Shown here: positions 9,652 through 19,946 of the stretch, one piece after another
Numbering within the stretch: position 1 is the first letter of the stretch
Layout: each line of letters starts with the position of its first letter
DNA from: Methanotrichaceae archaeon
GTDB lineage: Archaea; Halobacteriota; Methanosarcinia; Methanotrichales; Methanotrichaceae
DNA length: 64,000 nucleotides
Assembly (NCBI GenBank): GCA_963748825.1
Contig: CAVVKN010000009.1
Location: 96,001 to 160,000, forward strand
Direction: 5' to 3'
Program-made: the position numbers and the translations under genes
Notes under the pieces: model-generated
Database searches by the model: none
What the model was told of the DNA's origin: nothing
What the model saw: only the letters and a program-made list of their open reading frames with translations

Positions 9652-10461
9652 ATGAATGCTTCCTGGGATTACTATGATCTGGCTGAAGACCACCTGAAGG
9701 CATTTACAAGATCTGCAGTGCGAACGAAAATAATGCTACGCATGAAAGACGACGGCATGACTGCAGGGGATCTTGGAGCGGAGATGAACCTGCGTACATC
9801 TACCATCCTCCACACGATAAAGGAGATGATGGAAGATGATCTCGTAATGAAGAAAGGCACACGATATTCCTTGACCAGCATAGGGAAGATTCAGACCATT
9901 CTACTGGAAGAGCTTGTTGCAGCTATTGTGTTATTGGATCAGCACAAGGATTATTGGCTTAACCATAATTTAAGAGGAATACCTGAGCACCTCCTGGCGA
10001 ATATTGGGATGCTAAACCATTCTAAGATGATAACTTCAGATCCCACAGCGCCTTTAAAGATTCTGGATAACTTCGTTAAAGAAGTATCTAAATCCAATTA
10101 TATATACGGATTTTCTTCATTTATCGCCCCCGGTTTTGCGGAGATGATTAATGATTGCGCCAAGAGAGGCGCAAGAATTGAGCTTATATTAACGCATGAA
10201 ATTTATGAGATAATATTAAATGATCAGGCTGCACTTTTAGCAAACTTGCAGAAATTTGAAAACTTTAAATTATTCTTAATTAACTCAGATATAAATCTTG
10301 GCTTTACAGTCACTGAATCGATCTTAGCTCTGGGATTATACAGAAATGACGGGAGGATTGATTTGGATAGCGAAATAATTTGCATGGGTAATTCCGCCGT
10401 AGAGTGGGGAACGGAACTCTTTAAATATTATAAAACTCGTTCTGAATTGATAAAATGCTAA
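9652..10461 (+). CDS. wHTH plus DUF1724 (FilR1-middle-like) transcriptional regulator
   Basis: SAVRTKIML...YSLTSIG wHTH; YWLNHNLRGIP, LGLY..DG.ID and AVEWGTELFKYY motifs. Confidence 0.85.
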   Translation: MNASWDYYDLAEDHLKAFTRSAVRTKIMLRMKDDGMTAGDLGAEMNLRTSTILHTIKEMMEDDLVMKKGTRYSLTSIGKIQTILLEELVAAIVLLDQHKDYWLNHNLRGIPEHLLANIGMLNHSKMITSDPTAPLKILDNFVKEVSKSNYIYGFSSFIAPGFAEMINDCAKRGARIELILTHEIYEIILNDQAALLANLQKFENFKLFLINSDINLGFTVTESILALGLYRNDGRIDLDSEIICMGNSAVEWGTELFKYYKTRSELIKC

Positions 10462-10749
10462 TTTATTAGATAATAGTCCGCGCACGAATTATCGTTAAAG
10501 AATGTCAGTTCGCGCCTCGTACTTCACCGAAATAGTTATTAGTATTATTCATAATTACTTATTTTTCGTACTTATTATAAGTATCTAAAACACATAGCGG
10601 CTCAAATAAATATTTAATAAACATTTAAAAATAAAAATTTACAGTCTTAACTAATCTATTTTCAATTTAAGCAATTTTGCCGAGATTTCGTTATTATGTC
10701 ATCATTCTTAAGAAGAGCTTATAACTAGAAAAATTGCTGATACTTATTT

Positions 10750-11664
10750 ATGATAACGAAATTCTATAGCAAAACTGTATTATTATATAAAGAAGATCTT
10801 TATAGGTATTGTGTCGTATTGGCAGCTACCCTGAAAGGGATATTCCGGTTCCTATCGGTAAGTTCCCTCTTCGTTGGAGCAACTGGATTCTTTATTGCAC
10901 TGGCAGGATATTGTCTCCTTGATGAGTATCCAAGCATGCTGATCTGCTCTGCAGTCTTTTTTATGACCTTCAGCCTCTATAGCTTAAACAAGCTCACGGA
11001 CATGAAAGAAGATGCGATCAACATGCCCGAAAGGCTCAACTTTCTGAAAGGACGGAGAAATCTTATCATTGTTTACTCAGTTGCTTCATATTTATTAAGC
11101 ATATTGCTGACTTTTCTCGAAAATCCCTCCTCTGTAATCGTAGTTTTTATTCCGCTCATTGCAAATGCCCTGTATGGGTCCAGGCTGCTTCCCGGCTTGC
11201 CCAGACTGAAAGATATACCGGTCATGAAGAACCTGGTCGTCTCTGTATCCTGGGCGGCAGCCACTACGCTACTACCTGCCGGGCATATAATGGGCAAAAT
11301 ATCTACAGTAGCACTTGTCTTTTATTTCATACTGGGGAAGGTATTTGTAAATACCGTCCTTTATGATATGAGGGATATGAAAGGCGATAAGGAGAATGGA
11401 ATAAGAACAATGCCGGTAATATTAGGCCGAAAAAAGACGGCCCTTGTCTTGCTGGCCATCAATGTCACTCTCCTGCCGTTGCTGATGTTCCTAGATGGGA
11501 ACGCAAGAATCCTTGCGGCAATATTAATCCTCAACGGATTTGCGTACATCATCTTCTTTACAAACAGGAAAAATCACATGGCTATGGACCTATTTGTGGA
11601 CGGCGAATGGATGCTGTCGTTCATCATGCTGGAAATATTAATTCATTCTGGACTGATGGCTTAA
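10750..11664 (+). CDS. UbiA-family prenyltransferase (true start may be TTG at 10819)
   Basis: NKLTDMKEDAINMPER and YDMRDMKGD Asp-rich motifs; multiple TM helices. Confidence 0.88.
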   Translation: MITKFYSKTVLLYKEDLYRYCVVLAATLKGIFRFLSVSSLFVGATGFFIALAGYCLLDEYPSMLICSAVFFMTFSLYSLNKLTDMKEDAINMPERLNFLKGRRNLIIVYSVASYLLSILLTFLENPSSVIVVFIPLIANALYGSRLLPGLPRLKDIPVMKNLVVSVSWAAATTLLPAGHIMGKISTVALVFYFILGKVFVNTVLYDMRDMKGDKENGIRTMPVILGRKKTALVLLAINVTLLPLLMFLDGNARILAAILILNGFAYIIFFTNRKNHMAMDLFVDGEWMLSFIMLEILIHSGLMA

Positions 11665-11803
11665 TTGCAGAGGCTTCTCAGACCTCTGCCGCCTCATACA
11701 AGACTGCTTTTCCCCCACATTTCTTTCGCTAATTACCGAAAGACCTAATTACCTTAGCCGCAAATAAAGAGCACCTGGCGCTGCAAATCGCGGCGCAATT
11801 CGA

Positions 11804-12550
11804 GTGAGGGAGCGGTTGGTTGTGGCATTACAAAGTAGCAAATTTCCCAGATCCAAGTCGGGCATACCTGGATATGATGAACTGGTCGATGGCGGTTTTC
11901 ACAAAGGAACGGTAAACACCATCACAGGATCTTCCGGTTCGGGCAAGACCGTCTTTGCTGGCCAGTTCATAAATTACGGCATCAAGATGGGCGAGAAGGG
12001 AATGATCATAACTCCTTCCGAGAGCGCAGAGTACCTGAAGCGAGAGATGATGTCCTCCTTTGGCTGGGACTTCTCCAACCTGGAGAAAGAAGGAAAACTG
12101 GCCATTGTCGATGTCACCGACCCAGTTTTGCGCCTGCAAAAGAGCATCGATGTCGATCCGGTAGATTTTCTCATAAACTTCCGAAAGCTTGTGGAGAGAA
12201 AGCTGGAGGAGACCAAGCCCGCCCGGCTCTTCATTGACGATCTGACGGCCTTCTTCATGGCTGTGGAGAAACCCTTTAAAATTCGGTCCCTGACGGACGA
12301 CCTCTTTGGCACCATTCGTGCCAGTGGCGTCACATCTGTGGTGACTATTGGCACGGCTTTTGGCACCAACCAATTCCTGGAATACGGAGCTGACTCGGCC
12401 ACCATGCTCAGCCGTGAGCGCATCGGCAACACACTCATCAGGTCGATATATATCATAAAGATGCGCGGCTCGAAGATCGCCAATAGCATCAGGGTTCTGG
12501 ACATATCCGATGAGGGAATCTCCGTGTCCTCGCTCTCGCCCTATTCCTGA
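11804..12550 (+). CDS. Single-domain KaiC/RAD55-family ATPase
   Basis: SGIPGYDELVDGG; Walker A GSSGSGKT; RLFIDD; IIKMRGS. Confidence 0.9.
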   Translation: MRERLVVALQSSKFPRSKSGIPGYDELVDGGFHKGTVNTITGSSGSGKTVFAGQFINYGIKMGEKGMIITPSESAEYLKREMMSSFGWDFSNLEKEGKLAIVDVTDPVLRLQKSIDVDPVDFLINFRKLVERKLEETKPARLFIDDLTAFFMAVEKPFKIRSLTDDLFGTIRASGVTSVVTIGTAFGTNQFLEYGADSATMLSRERIGNTLIRSIYIIKMRGSKIANSIRVLDISDEGISVSSLSPYS

Positions 12551-12567
12551 GAGGATGAAAACTGAGG

Positions 12568-14361
12568 GTGCATAAAATGATCGAAAGATGGATTGTCCTT
12601 GCTGCTGAGGAAGCAGGTCCCGTCTCGAATAAGATGGGCGGTATCTGGAATGTGGTGGATGCAGAGGCCGTGATGCTGGCCCGGCTTGTGGCGCGAGGTG
12701 ATATTGAAAGCGGCCTGCACATCCTGGTGGCGGGTCCCAACTATCCCACCTCCGGCTCGGACTGGAATACAGGCAAAAACCGGGTCACAGATCTCACAGG
12801 ATTAGAAAAGCTGGATATGGGGCAGGAGCTCGACCAGGTACTGAGCGAACTGAACGCATCCGGCATCGAGACAGTCACCGGACAGAGAACGGAAGAAGGC
12901 ATTCCCATCGGCTATGTGCTCTTCAATACCAATTATTATCAGTCCCACATGGTGCATTGGAATAATCAGCAGATGACCCGTAACAATGCCATCAAGACGG
13001 AAGCCTTTGATCTGGTGGGCCTCGATTCCATGAATTTTGAAAGAGCCCACTATGGTTGGGAGTACAACCACTACATCAACCTCTCTTATGCCGTATCGGA
13101 ACTGGTGAGAGGCCTGGCACGCGCCCCGGAAGAAATGACTCAAAAATACGCCGACAAGGCAGTCTCGGAGTTTGCCAAGTCGGTAATGCCCAAAGTGAGG
13201 ATTTCCTTGCATTGCCATGAGTTTGGAGTCTTCTATGCGGTAGCCAGGCTGAAGAAGTTGGGAGTTCCTGTAAGATCGGTCTGCACATTGCACGCCACAG
13301 TTCCCGGTCGCACTGCGGGCTATAAGTCTCTGCAAAAGATAGCCCAAGGCGAGTCGAAAATGGAGATCGGCACACCTATTGGCTTTTCTACCTTAGAGGC
13401 GCTGGCCCGCTATGCCGATGCAGTTACATTCGTGGGCGACTCGACCATGAAAGAGGCCATGCTCTTTTACCGCTTGAAAGGCATTGTCATCAGGAATGGA
13501 ATCGATTTGGAAACGCAGGAGATCGATTGGGATAAAAAAGATCGCTGCCGCGCCAAGATCCAGCAGTTTCTGGCCGACAACCTCTACAAGTACTGCGACG
13601 GCAAGTGTGTAAAAAAGGAGAACATAATTCCGATCTTCACCATCTCCCGCATAGAGATCGAGAATAAAGGATACCTTCAGCTCCTTGATGCCCTTATGCT
13701 TCAGGATCACCTGCTCAAGCATAGATTAACCGGCCAGCGTCATGCAGAAGAGACAAGGGTGGTATGCTTCCTGATTGCCGCCCACGGTCCTAAAGACAAG
13801 GAGAAGCTGCCGGAGGGTTTTCCCATCAATCTCACGCCAGAAATTCTGGTGGGCGAGGAGATCCGCCTGGAGAACATGATCAAGGATAGAGGGCTAGATG
13901 AAACGGAGCTGATCTCCGGCAAGAGGATGGTGGCGGCACTGCTCTATCCTCAATGGGTGGGTCCCGATGACGGCGGCCTGGGAATGCATGCTGATGAGAT
14001 CATGGCTGGCTGCGTTGCCGGCATATTTCCTTCCCAATATGAGCCATTCCTTCTCACCGCCCTGGAAGCGGGCAGGGAAGGCACGCCCAACATCGTCAGC
14101 CGGGCAGCAGGATACAGCGATGCTTTAAAGAAGATCAAACGCCGCGTGCCGGGTCTGGGGGGCGTGATTGTTGTGGACAACATTGAGGCACACCCCCAGG
14201 AGACCGTCCTGGATTATGCCCTGGCCCTGGACTACTTCACCTGGACCTATCTGGATGATGAGGTCAAATACCGGCTGCTCTGCGAAGAGTCCTTCTCTTT
14301 GGCCAAGCAGTTCAACTGGAAGGAGCCGGTACTGGAGTATTACAAGAACCTGGTAGCTTAG
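12568..14361 (+). CDS. GT3-type glycogen synthase
   Basis: NKMGGI, HCHEF, TLHAT-PGR, R-E-ENKG and GIFPSQYEPF...E (Ex7E) motifs. Confidence 0.8.
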   Translation: MHKMIERWIVLAAEEAGPVSNKMGGIWNVVDAEAVMLARLVARGDIESGLHILVAGPNYPTSGSDWNTGKNRVTDLTGLEKLDMGQELDQVLSELNASGIETVTGQRTEEGIPIGYVLFNTNYYQSHMVHWNNQQMTRNNAIKTEAFDLVGLDSMNFERAHYGWEYNHYINLSYAVSELVRGLARAPEEMTQKYADKAVSEFAKSVMPKVRISLHCHEFGVFYAVARLKKLGVPVRSVCTLHATVPGRTAGYKSLQKIAQGESKMEIGTPIGFSTLEALARYADAVTFVGDSTMKEAMLFYRLKGIVIRNGIDLETQEIDWDKKDRCRAKIQQFLADNLYKYCDGKCVKKENIIPIFTISRIEIENKGYLQLLDALMLQDHLLKHRLTGQRHAEETRVVCFLIAAHGPKDKEKLPEGFPINLTPEILVGEEIRLENMIKDRGLDETELISGKRMVAALLYPQWVGPDDGGLGMHADEIMAGCVAGIFPSQYEPFLLTALEAGREGTPNIVSRAAGYSDALKKIKRRVPGLGGVIVVDNIEAHPQETVLDYALALDYFTWTYLDDEVKYRLLCEESFSLAKQFNWKEPVLEYYKNLVA

Positions 14362-14374
14362 ATGTGAGGAGACT

Positions 14375-15583
14375 ATGAGAATTGCCTATTTGAGCATTGA
14401 GTTTCCGCCCAGAATCTTCGGCGGCCTTGGTGTGTACGCGGACGAAATATCCCGAGAAATTGTCTCCCAGGGAGAGAAGGTCTCGGTCTTTACATTGGGA
14501 GACGGCAAGCTGGAGAGGTACCAGGATATGAATGGGGTGGAGGTGTTCCGAATGCATCCCATTCCTATCAGGGACGGGCTTGAGGTATTCCTCTCGGCCC
14601 AGACCCTTTCCTGGGGAGAAGGCCTGCGCTTCCTTGAGGACCTATTAAGCCTAAATCAGCTTTCTGCAGCGAGCATCATGGAGAATGGGCCTTTCGATCT
14701 ATGTGTGAGCCACGACTGGCTTGGCCTGCTGGGGGGCATGGCCGTAAAGAAAGAGGGCATTCCCATGATCTACCACGTACACGGCCTGGAGGCAGGGCGT
14801 TCGGATAATCCCAATCCTCAGCTTGTGGCTCTGGAAAAAAAAGGTGCCGAAGTAGCGGATCTGATCATTACCGTTTCAGAGGCCATGAAACAGGAGATGG
14901 TCAGCTTGGGAGTTAGGGCAGAGAAGATTCGCGTATGCTACCACGGCGTAGACACCGCGTTTTTCAATCCCCAGCAGGCTGATCCCAAGCGGCTAACGGC
15001 CCTGCGAAAGAGATACGGCTATGCAGAGGATGATGTCATCGTGCTCTTCATGGGCCGGCTGGAGAGTGTCAAAGGGATTGTGCAGCTCTTTTCTGCCATT
15101 CCCGATGTCCTGGCAAAGCATCCCAAGTTGAAGCTGTTGGTGGTAGGCAAAGGCAGCTTGGAGAGCTGGGCTCTTTCGGAGGCGGAAAAGCTTGGCTGCA
15201 TCACGCTGGTCACGGACTTCCTGGATGCGGAGGATAAGATGCACCATTATGCTCTGGCTGACCTGTGCGTATTTCCCAGCATCTATGAGCCCTTTGGCAT
15301 CGTCGCTCTTGAGGCAGCCGCCATGGGCAAGGCGGCCGTGGTGGGCGCAGCCGGCACATCCGGTCTGGCGGAGATTGTGAAAAATCCGGCCACCATGCAT
15401 CCTACGGGCGTTCATGTCAATGCTCGCGATCCCAGGGATATCGCCTGGGGCATCAACCTCGCACTGGAGGACCTGGACCGACTGAAATCCTGGGGAAAGA
15501 ACGCCAGGGCCAGGGCAATTGAAGAGTTCACCTGGCAGAAAGCAGCAGAGAGAACCCTGGCGATTTATAAGGAAGTGACTTGA
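14375..15583 (+). CDS. GT4 glycosyltransferase (glycogen-synthase-like)
   Basis: EFPPRIFGGLG, HDWL, PSIYEPFGIVALEA. Confidence 0.92.
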   Translation: MRIAYLSIEFPPRIFGGLGVYADEISREIVSQGEKVSVFTLGDGKLERYQDMNGVEVFRMHPIPIRDGLEVFLSAQTLSWGEGLRFLEDLLSLNQLSAASIMENGPFDLCVSHDWLGLLGGMAVKKEGIPMIYHVHGLEAGRSDNPNPQLVALEKKGAEVADLIITVSEAMKQEMVSLGVRAEKIRVCYHGVDTAFFNPQQADPKRLTALRKRYGYAEDDVIVLFMGRLESVKGIVQLFSAIPDVLAKHPKLKLLVVGKGSLESWALSEAEKLGCITLVTDFLDAEDKMHHYALADLCVFPSIYEPFGIVALEAAAMGKAAVVGAAGTSGLAEIVKNPATMHPTGVHVNARDPRDIAWGINLALEDLDRLKSWGKNARARAIEEFTWQKAAERTLAIYKEVT

Positions 15584-15602
15584 TGGAAGGGGTGGCGAGG
15601 CG

Positions 15603-16580
15603 ATGCCGGAGTTAAGAAGGCACTATTTCCTGGATGAGTACTGCATCATCGCCACAGAGCGAAAGAAGAGGCCCTCTGACTTCAGGGAGAAGACGGTGGC
15701 GGGAGACGAGGCCGTTTGCCCATTTTGTCCGGGAAACGAGGAGATGACCCCGCCGGCCGTTGCAGTCTACACGGAGCATGGGGTATTATCCGATGGCCAG
15801 GAGAGGATTTCCGGTTGGCAGCTACGTGTCTTTCCCAATGTTTTCGCAGCCATGGTCCCAAGCCCAGCGCCCGCTACGACGACGGAATGGATTGCTCTGC
15901 CTGGGCAAGGCTTCCACGAGGTGATTGTAGACAGTCCCCTGCACAAAGAAAATCCGGCCGACTTTGCCCAGGAGCACATGGAAAAACTCATCCAGGCCTA
16001 CCGGGATCGCTATGTCCATTACTGTAGGAACGGCCTTGTGAAATATGTATCCATCTTCAAGAATTGGGGCAAGGAGGCGGGAGCATCATTATCTCACAGC
16101 CATTCTCAGCTCGTCACCCTTCCCATTCTTCCGCCCCTGATTAAAAGAGAACTGGATGCCATCAGCCGCGCAACACACTGTCCTTTCTGCAATATCGTAG
16201 AGCAAGAGAAGGAGTCATGCCGGCTCATCGACGAGAACGAAAACTGGATTCTCATTGCACCCTTCTATTCTCAGGCACCTTATGAGACCTGGATTTTGCC
16301 TAAGAGGCATTTTGCCAACCTGCAAGAGATGCATGATGCTGAAGGCAAGAGCCTGGCTGCCTTGTTAAAAAGGGCTCTAGGGAGCATGCGATCTCTTTTG
16401 AACGATCCGCCTTACAATTTTATGATCTTCCAGCTTCCTTTCAGCTACCACGTCAACATCAGAATTCATCCGGCTCTTTCCAAAATCGCGGGCTTTGAGA
16501 GGAGCACAGGAGTGTACATAAACTCCTTTGCACCGGAAAAAGCAGCCGATGAGCTCAGGCATCAGCTAGAAGCATTTTAA
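15603..16580 (+). CDS. galT: GalT-family nucleotidyltransferase (Gal-1-P uridylyltransferase / ADP-glucose phosphorylase-like)
   Basis: MPELR, RxKRP, CPFCPGNE, GASLSHSHSQ, AGFE motifs. Confidence 0.88.
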   Translation: MPELRRHYFLDEYCIIATERKKRPSDFREKTVAGDEAVCPFCPGNEEMTPPAVAVYTEHGVLSDGQERISGWQLRVFPNVFAAMVPSPAPATTTEWIALPGQGFHEVIVDSPLHKENPADFAQEHMEKLIQAYRDRYVHYCRNGLVKYVSIFKNWGKEAGASLSHSHSQLVTLPILPPLIKRELDAISRATHCPFCNIVEQEKESCRLIDENENWILIAPFYSQAPYETWILPKRHFANLQEMHDAEGKSLAALLKRALGSMRSLLNDPPYNFMIFQLPFSYHVNIRIHPALSKIAGFERSTGVYINSFAPEKAADELRHQLEAF

Positions 16581-16762
16581 AGTGCCGAAAAGTTAATCAA
16601 TTATCCGGCTGTAAAGAATCACAAATTGCTTATTACATTCCTTATGTATTTCATAAAGCAGGGATAAGATGGACCGAAATGCGTTCCACCCCCATATTAT
16701 GATATCGTAGCGACAATAGATCGATAACCATAGCTGCAAGGCAAGACAATACCGGTGAAGAG

Positions 16763-17923
16763 ATGCGAATTGGAATGCTCTCTTGGGAGAGCTTATACTC
16801 AATAAAGGTCGGAGGGGTGGCCCCATGTGTCTCAGAGATCTCCGAAGCGCTGGCCAGAAGGGGCCATGAAGTACATGTATTTACGCGCCGAGGCGATTTT
16901 GAGTCCTACGACAAGATCAATGGCGTCCATTACCAGAGAGTGGATGTCGACAGCTCCGGGGACGTACTAGCTCAGATGAACCGCATGTGCGATGCCCTTT
17001 ACGATCGCTTCGGGGCGGTGCAAAAGCTCTTCGGCAAATTCGATATCATGCATGGCCATGATTGGCACCCGGTGCCGGCTTTGACCCGCATAAAGCAGGA
17101 CTATGGTCTGCCCTTCCTTCTGACCATGCACAGCACGGAATGGGGCAGAAATGGAAACCACTTCGGTTACGGCATATCTCAGGAGATCTCCCATCGAGAG
17201 TGGCTGGGCTGCTATGAGGCCTCCAAGGTTATTGTGACCACCAGGCGCATGCAAGATGAGCTGATGTGGATATACAGCCTGCCTGAAGAAAAGATCCTCA
17301 TAATACCAAACGGTATCATTGTGGGAAAGATGAGAAGAGGCCTTGACGCCGGCCGGGTCAAAGAGAAGTACGGCATTCACCCTATGGCGCCAATGGTACT
17401 CTTCTGCGGCAGGATGAGCATCCAGAAGGGACCGGACCTCCTGGTAGAGGCTGTGCCCCATATCTTGAGAAACAGATCCGATGCTCGTTTTGTCTTCATG
17501 GGGGAGGGCGGCATGAGGCCGGACTGCGAGAGGAGAGCTCGCGAGCTTGGAGTAGCGGATGCCTGCCGATTCCTTGGATACACCTCCAGCGCCGAGAAAG
17601 AAGAGCTGGTTAATGCCTGCGATCTCATGTGCGTTCCCAGCAGAAACGAGCCTTTCGGCGTTGTGGTCCTGGAGGCCTGGGATGCCTGCAAACCGGTAGT
17701 GGCGACGGATGCGGTGAGCATAATTAATAACTTCGAGGACGGCCTCCTGGCCTATATTCAGCCGGAATCCATCGCCTGGTGCATAAACCGGCTGCTGGCC
17801 AATCCCGAGGAGATGACGAAACTGGCTCGGGCAGGATGCAGCCGGATTGATACCGAGTTTAGCTGGGATCAAATCGCCAAGAGGACGGAAGACGTTTATG
17901 AAGAGGCAAGAAAACATCTCTAA
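16763..17923 (+). CDS. GT4 glycosyltransferase (glycogen-synthase-like)
   Basis: SWESLYSIKVGG, HGHDW, HSTEWGR, PSRNEPFGVVVLEAW. Confidence 0.92.
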   Translation: MRIGMLSWESLYSIKVGGVAPCVSEISEALARRGHEVHVFTRRGDFESYDKINGVHYQRVDVDSSGDVLAQMNRMCDALYDRFGAVQKLFGKFDIMHGHDWHPVPALTRIKQDYGLPFLLTMHSTEWGRNGNHFGYGISQEISHREWLGCYEASKVIVTTRRMQDELMWIYSLPEEKILIIPNGIIVGKMRRGLDAGRVKEKYGIHPMAPMVLFCGRMSIQKGPDLLVEAVPHILRNRSDARFVFMGEGGMRPDCERRARELGVADACRFLGYTSSAEKEELVNACDLMCVPSRNEPFGVVVLEAWDACKPVVATDAVSIINNFEDGLLAYIQPESIAWCINRLLANPEEMTKLARAGCSRIDTEFSWDQIAKRTEDVYEEARKHL

Positions 17924-17966
17924 CCGAAAGGTTCTTGAAGGGTGAGCAGCACAAAGGGCTCTTGGC

Positions 17967-18040
17967 GCCTCGATAGCTTAGCCCGGTATAGCGCGTCCTT
18001 GGTAAGGACGAGGTCGCGGGTTCGAATCCCGTCCGAGGCT
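17967..18040 (+). tRNA. tRNA-Thr(GGT)
   Basis: Anticodon arm CGTCC-TT-GGT-AA-GGACG; T-arm GCGGG-TTCGAAT-CCCGT. Confidence 0.93.
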
Positions 18041-18086
18041 TAAAAATTTTTTATGCAGTAGTCTTTGTGCAGTTGATGACATTTTC

Positions 18087-19946
18087 TCAATTGCACGCCT
18101 TCCAGGCTCGCAGCACCTCTGCCACCGACCAGGCCTGGGAGATGCACCCGCCCGGCCGCTGGGGCATATCACCGTCAAAGACCTCGGGAAGGGTGCAAAT
18201 CCCGCCAGCCTGCATGGTTATCAAAGGCCTGAGAAGCTCTCTGGCCTGTGCCAGGATCGGGCCGGACCTGCCTTTCACGGAGAGCAGAGCATCAATGTAC
18301 GGCCCCATGAGCCAGGGCCAGACGGTGCCCTGGTGGTAGGCCCCATCCCTACGGCGAGAGTCGCCCTCGTATCTACCTGCATAGCGCGGATCGCGGGGAG
18401 AGAGCGTTCTCAGGCCGAAAGGCGTGAGCAATTCACGCGTCACAACATCAAGAATGCTCTTTCTCATAACATCCGGCAGCAGATCGGGAATTCCTGCCGC
18501 GATGATCTGGTTGGGCCGGATGGATGCATCCTCATGGTCAATCACATCGAAAAGGCAGCCGGTCTCACTATTCCAAAACCTTTGGTAGCTTTTCCCGACC
18601 CTCTCTGCTTGCTTTGCAAATCCTGGATCAGGGGATTTGTCTAAAGCCTCGCAAAGCTTCTGCATATCTCTCAGGGCAGAATACCAGAGGGCATTTATCT
18701 CGCAGCATTTTCCCGCCCTCGGTGTAACCGGCCGGCCATCCAGACGAGCATCCATCCAGGTGAACGCTGGCCCGGATACGATAAGACCATCTTCGTCCCC
18801 CCCGAAGTCCTCTCCAGACCGAGAATAGCGACGAAATACCTCTAGTAGCCTGGGCCAGACACTCCTGACAAACTCCCGGTCTTTAGAATATTCATAATAG
18901 CTGCCCACAGCCCGAACAAACCACAGGGATGCGTCCACTGTGTTGTAAGAACTGGCCCCCAGGTCGTTAGGCAAAACGCCTTCTTTCATGGCGGAGGCGA
19001 AGGATTTCAAGACCAGCCCGGCATCCTCAAAGCGCCCTGTGCAGAGCAAGAGGCCGGGCAGGGAGATCATGGCGTCCCTCCCCCAATCATCAAACCAGTG
19101 GTACCCGGCGATGATGCTCTTGCCTTGGCCTCTTTTCACCAAGAAGGCGTCAGCGGCCCTTGCCAGATCAGGAAGGGGAGCCAGAAGCTTTTCCATGCGT
19201 TCCTTTTCGTTTTGCTGCTCTGCCCTCCAGTCCGGCATGCCAGTCCTCCAGGTAGAAGCAGCAATGGCAAAGGCGGCATCTCCAGATAGTTCGATCTCGA
19301 AGCGGCCCGGTGAGAAGAGGTCCTCCTTCCAGGCCAAGCCCCGCCGCCGTTCCTCTTCGTACTCGAAGTTATGGTAAATCACCTCTTGCGGCACATAGGC
19401 AGGCCCGTCCGAGAAGAGAGTGAGGCGGATGTCCGGGCGAAGACGTGATCGAAGAATCGTTCCCGTTTGAAGAGGTTCCTGGCTCATGCCCGGCTGAAGA
19501 GATGCAGCGTGAAAGCTCCTGCTGTGCACCAGGGGAACGATGGCAAACGTTCCCTGCCCATTTTTAATTTTGTAGCTGATGATGGTGGTGTTCTCATTAC
19601 GAATCATGAAAACGGTCTTCTCGATACAGGTACTGCCCACCTGATAGCAGAATCTGGGGAATGGATCCTGGCGAAATTCCTGCAGGTATTTGAATCCCTG
19701 GGGGTGGATTACACCGGGATATTGATGATTGGCTAGAGAGGCGCCCTCTATCTCCTCGTCCAGGGAGCTGAGCAAAAGCCAGCGGTCCGCCGGAGGCTGC
19801 AGCGCCGCCACAAGAAGGCCGTGATAGGCCCGCGTGTTGCTGCCGGCCACGGTAGCGGAGGCGTAGCCGCCCAGACCATTGGCCAGCAGCCACTCCCGGC
19901 TCGCGCCCTCTTCATAGCTCTGCGGGCGAAGGGCAAAATCAGTCAT
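18087..19946 (-). CDS. Glycogen debranching enzyme (amylo-alpha-1,6-glucosidase)
   Basis: EWLLANGLGGYAS, IAGYHWF-DWGRD, TWMDA, YHQGTVWPWL, QAWSVAE. Confidence 0.95.
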   Translation of the reverse strand: MTDFALRPQSYEEGASREWLLANGLGGYASATVAGSNTRAYHGLLVAALQPPADRWLLLSSLDEEIEGASLANHQYPGVIHPQGFKYLQEFRQDPFPRFCYQVGSTCIEKTVFMIRNENTTIISYKIKNGQGTFAIVPLVHSRSFHAASLQPGMSQEPLQTGTILRSRLRPDIRLTLFSDGPAYVPQEVIYHNFEYEEERRRGLAWKEDLFSPGRFEIELSGDAAFAIAASTWRTGMPDWRAEQQNEKERMEKLLAPLPDLARAADAFLVKRGQGKSIIAGYHWFDDWGRDAMISLPGLLLCTGRFEDAGLVLKSFASAMKEGVLPNDLGASSYNTVDASLWFVRAVGSYYEYSKDREFVRSVWPRLLEVFRRYSRSGEDFGGDEDGLIVSGPAFTWMDARLDGRPVTPRAGKCCEINALWYSALRDMQKLCEALDKSPDPGFAKQAERVGKSYQRFWNSETGCLFDVIDHEDASIRPNQIIAAGIPDLLPDVMRKSILDVVTRELLTPFGLRTLSPRDPRYAGRYEGDSRRRDGAYHQGTVWPWLMGPYIDALLSVKGRSGPILAQARELLRPLITMQAGGICTLPEVFDGDMPQRPGGCISQAWSVAEVLRAWKACN

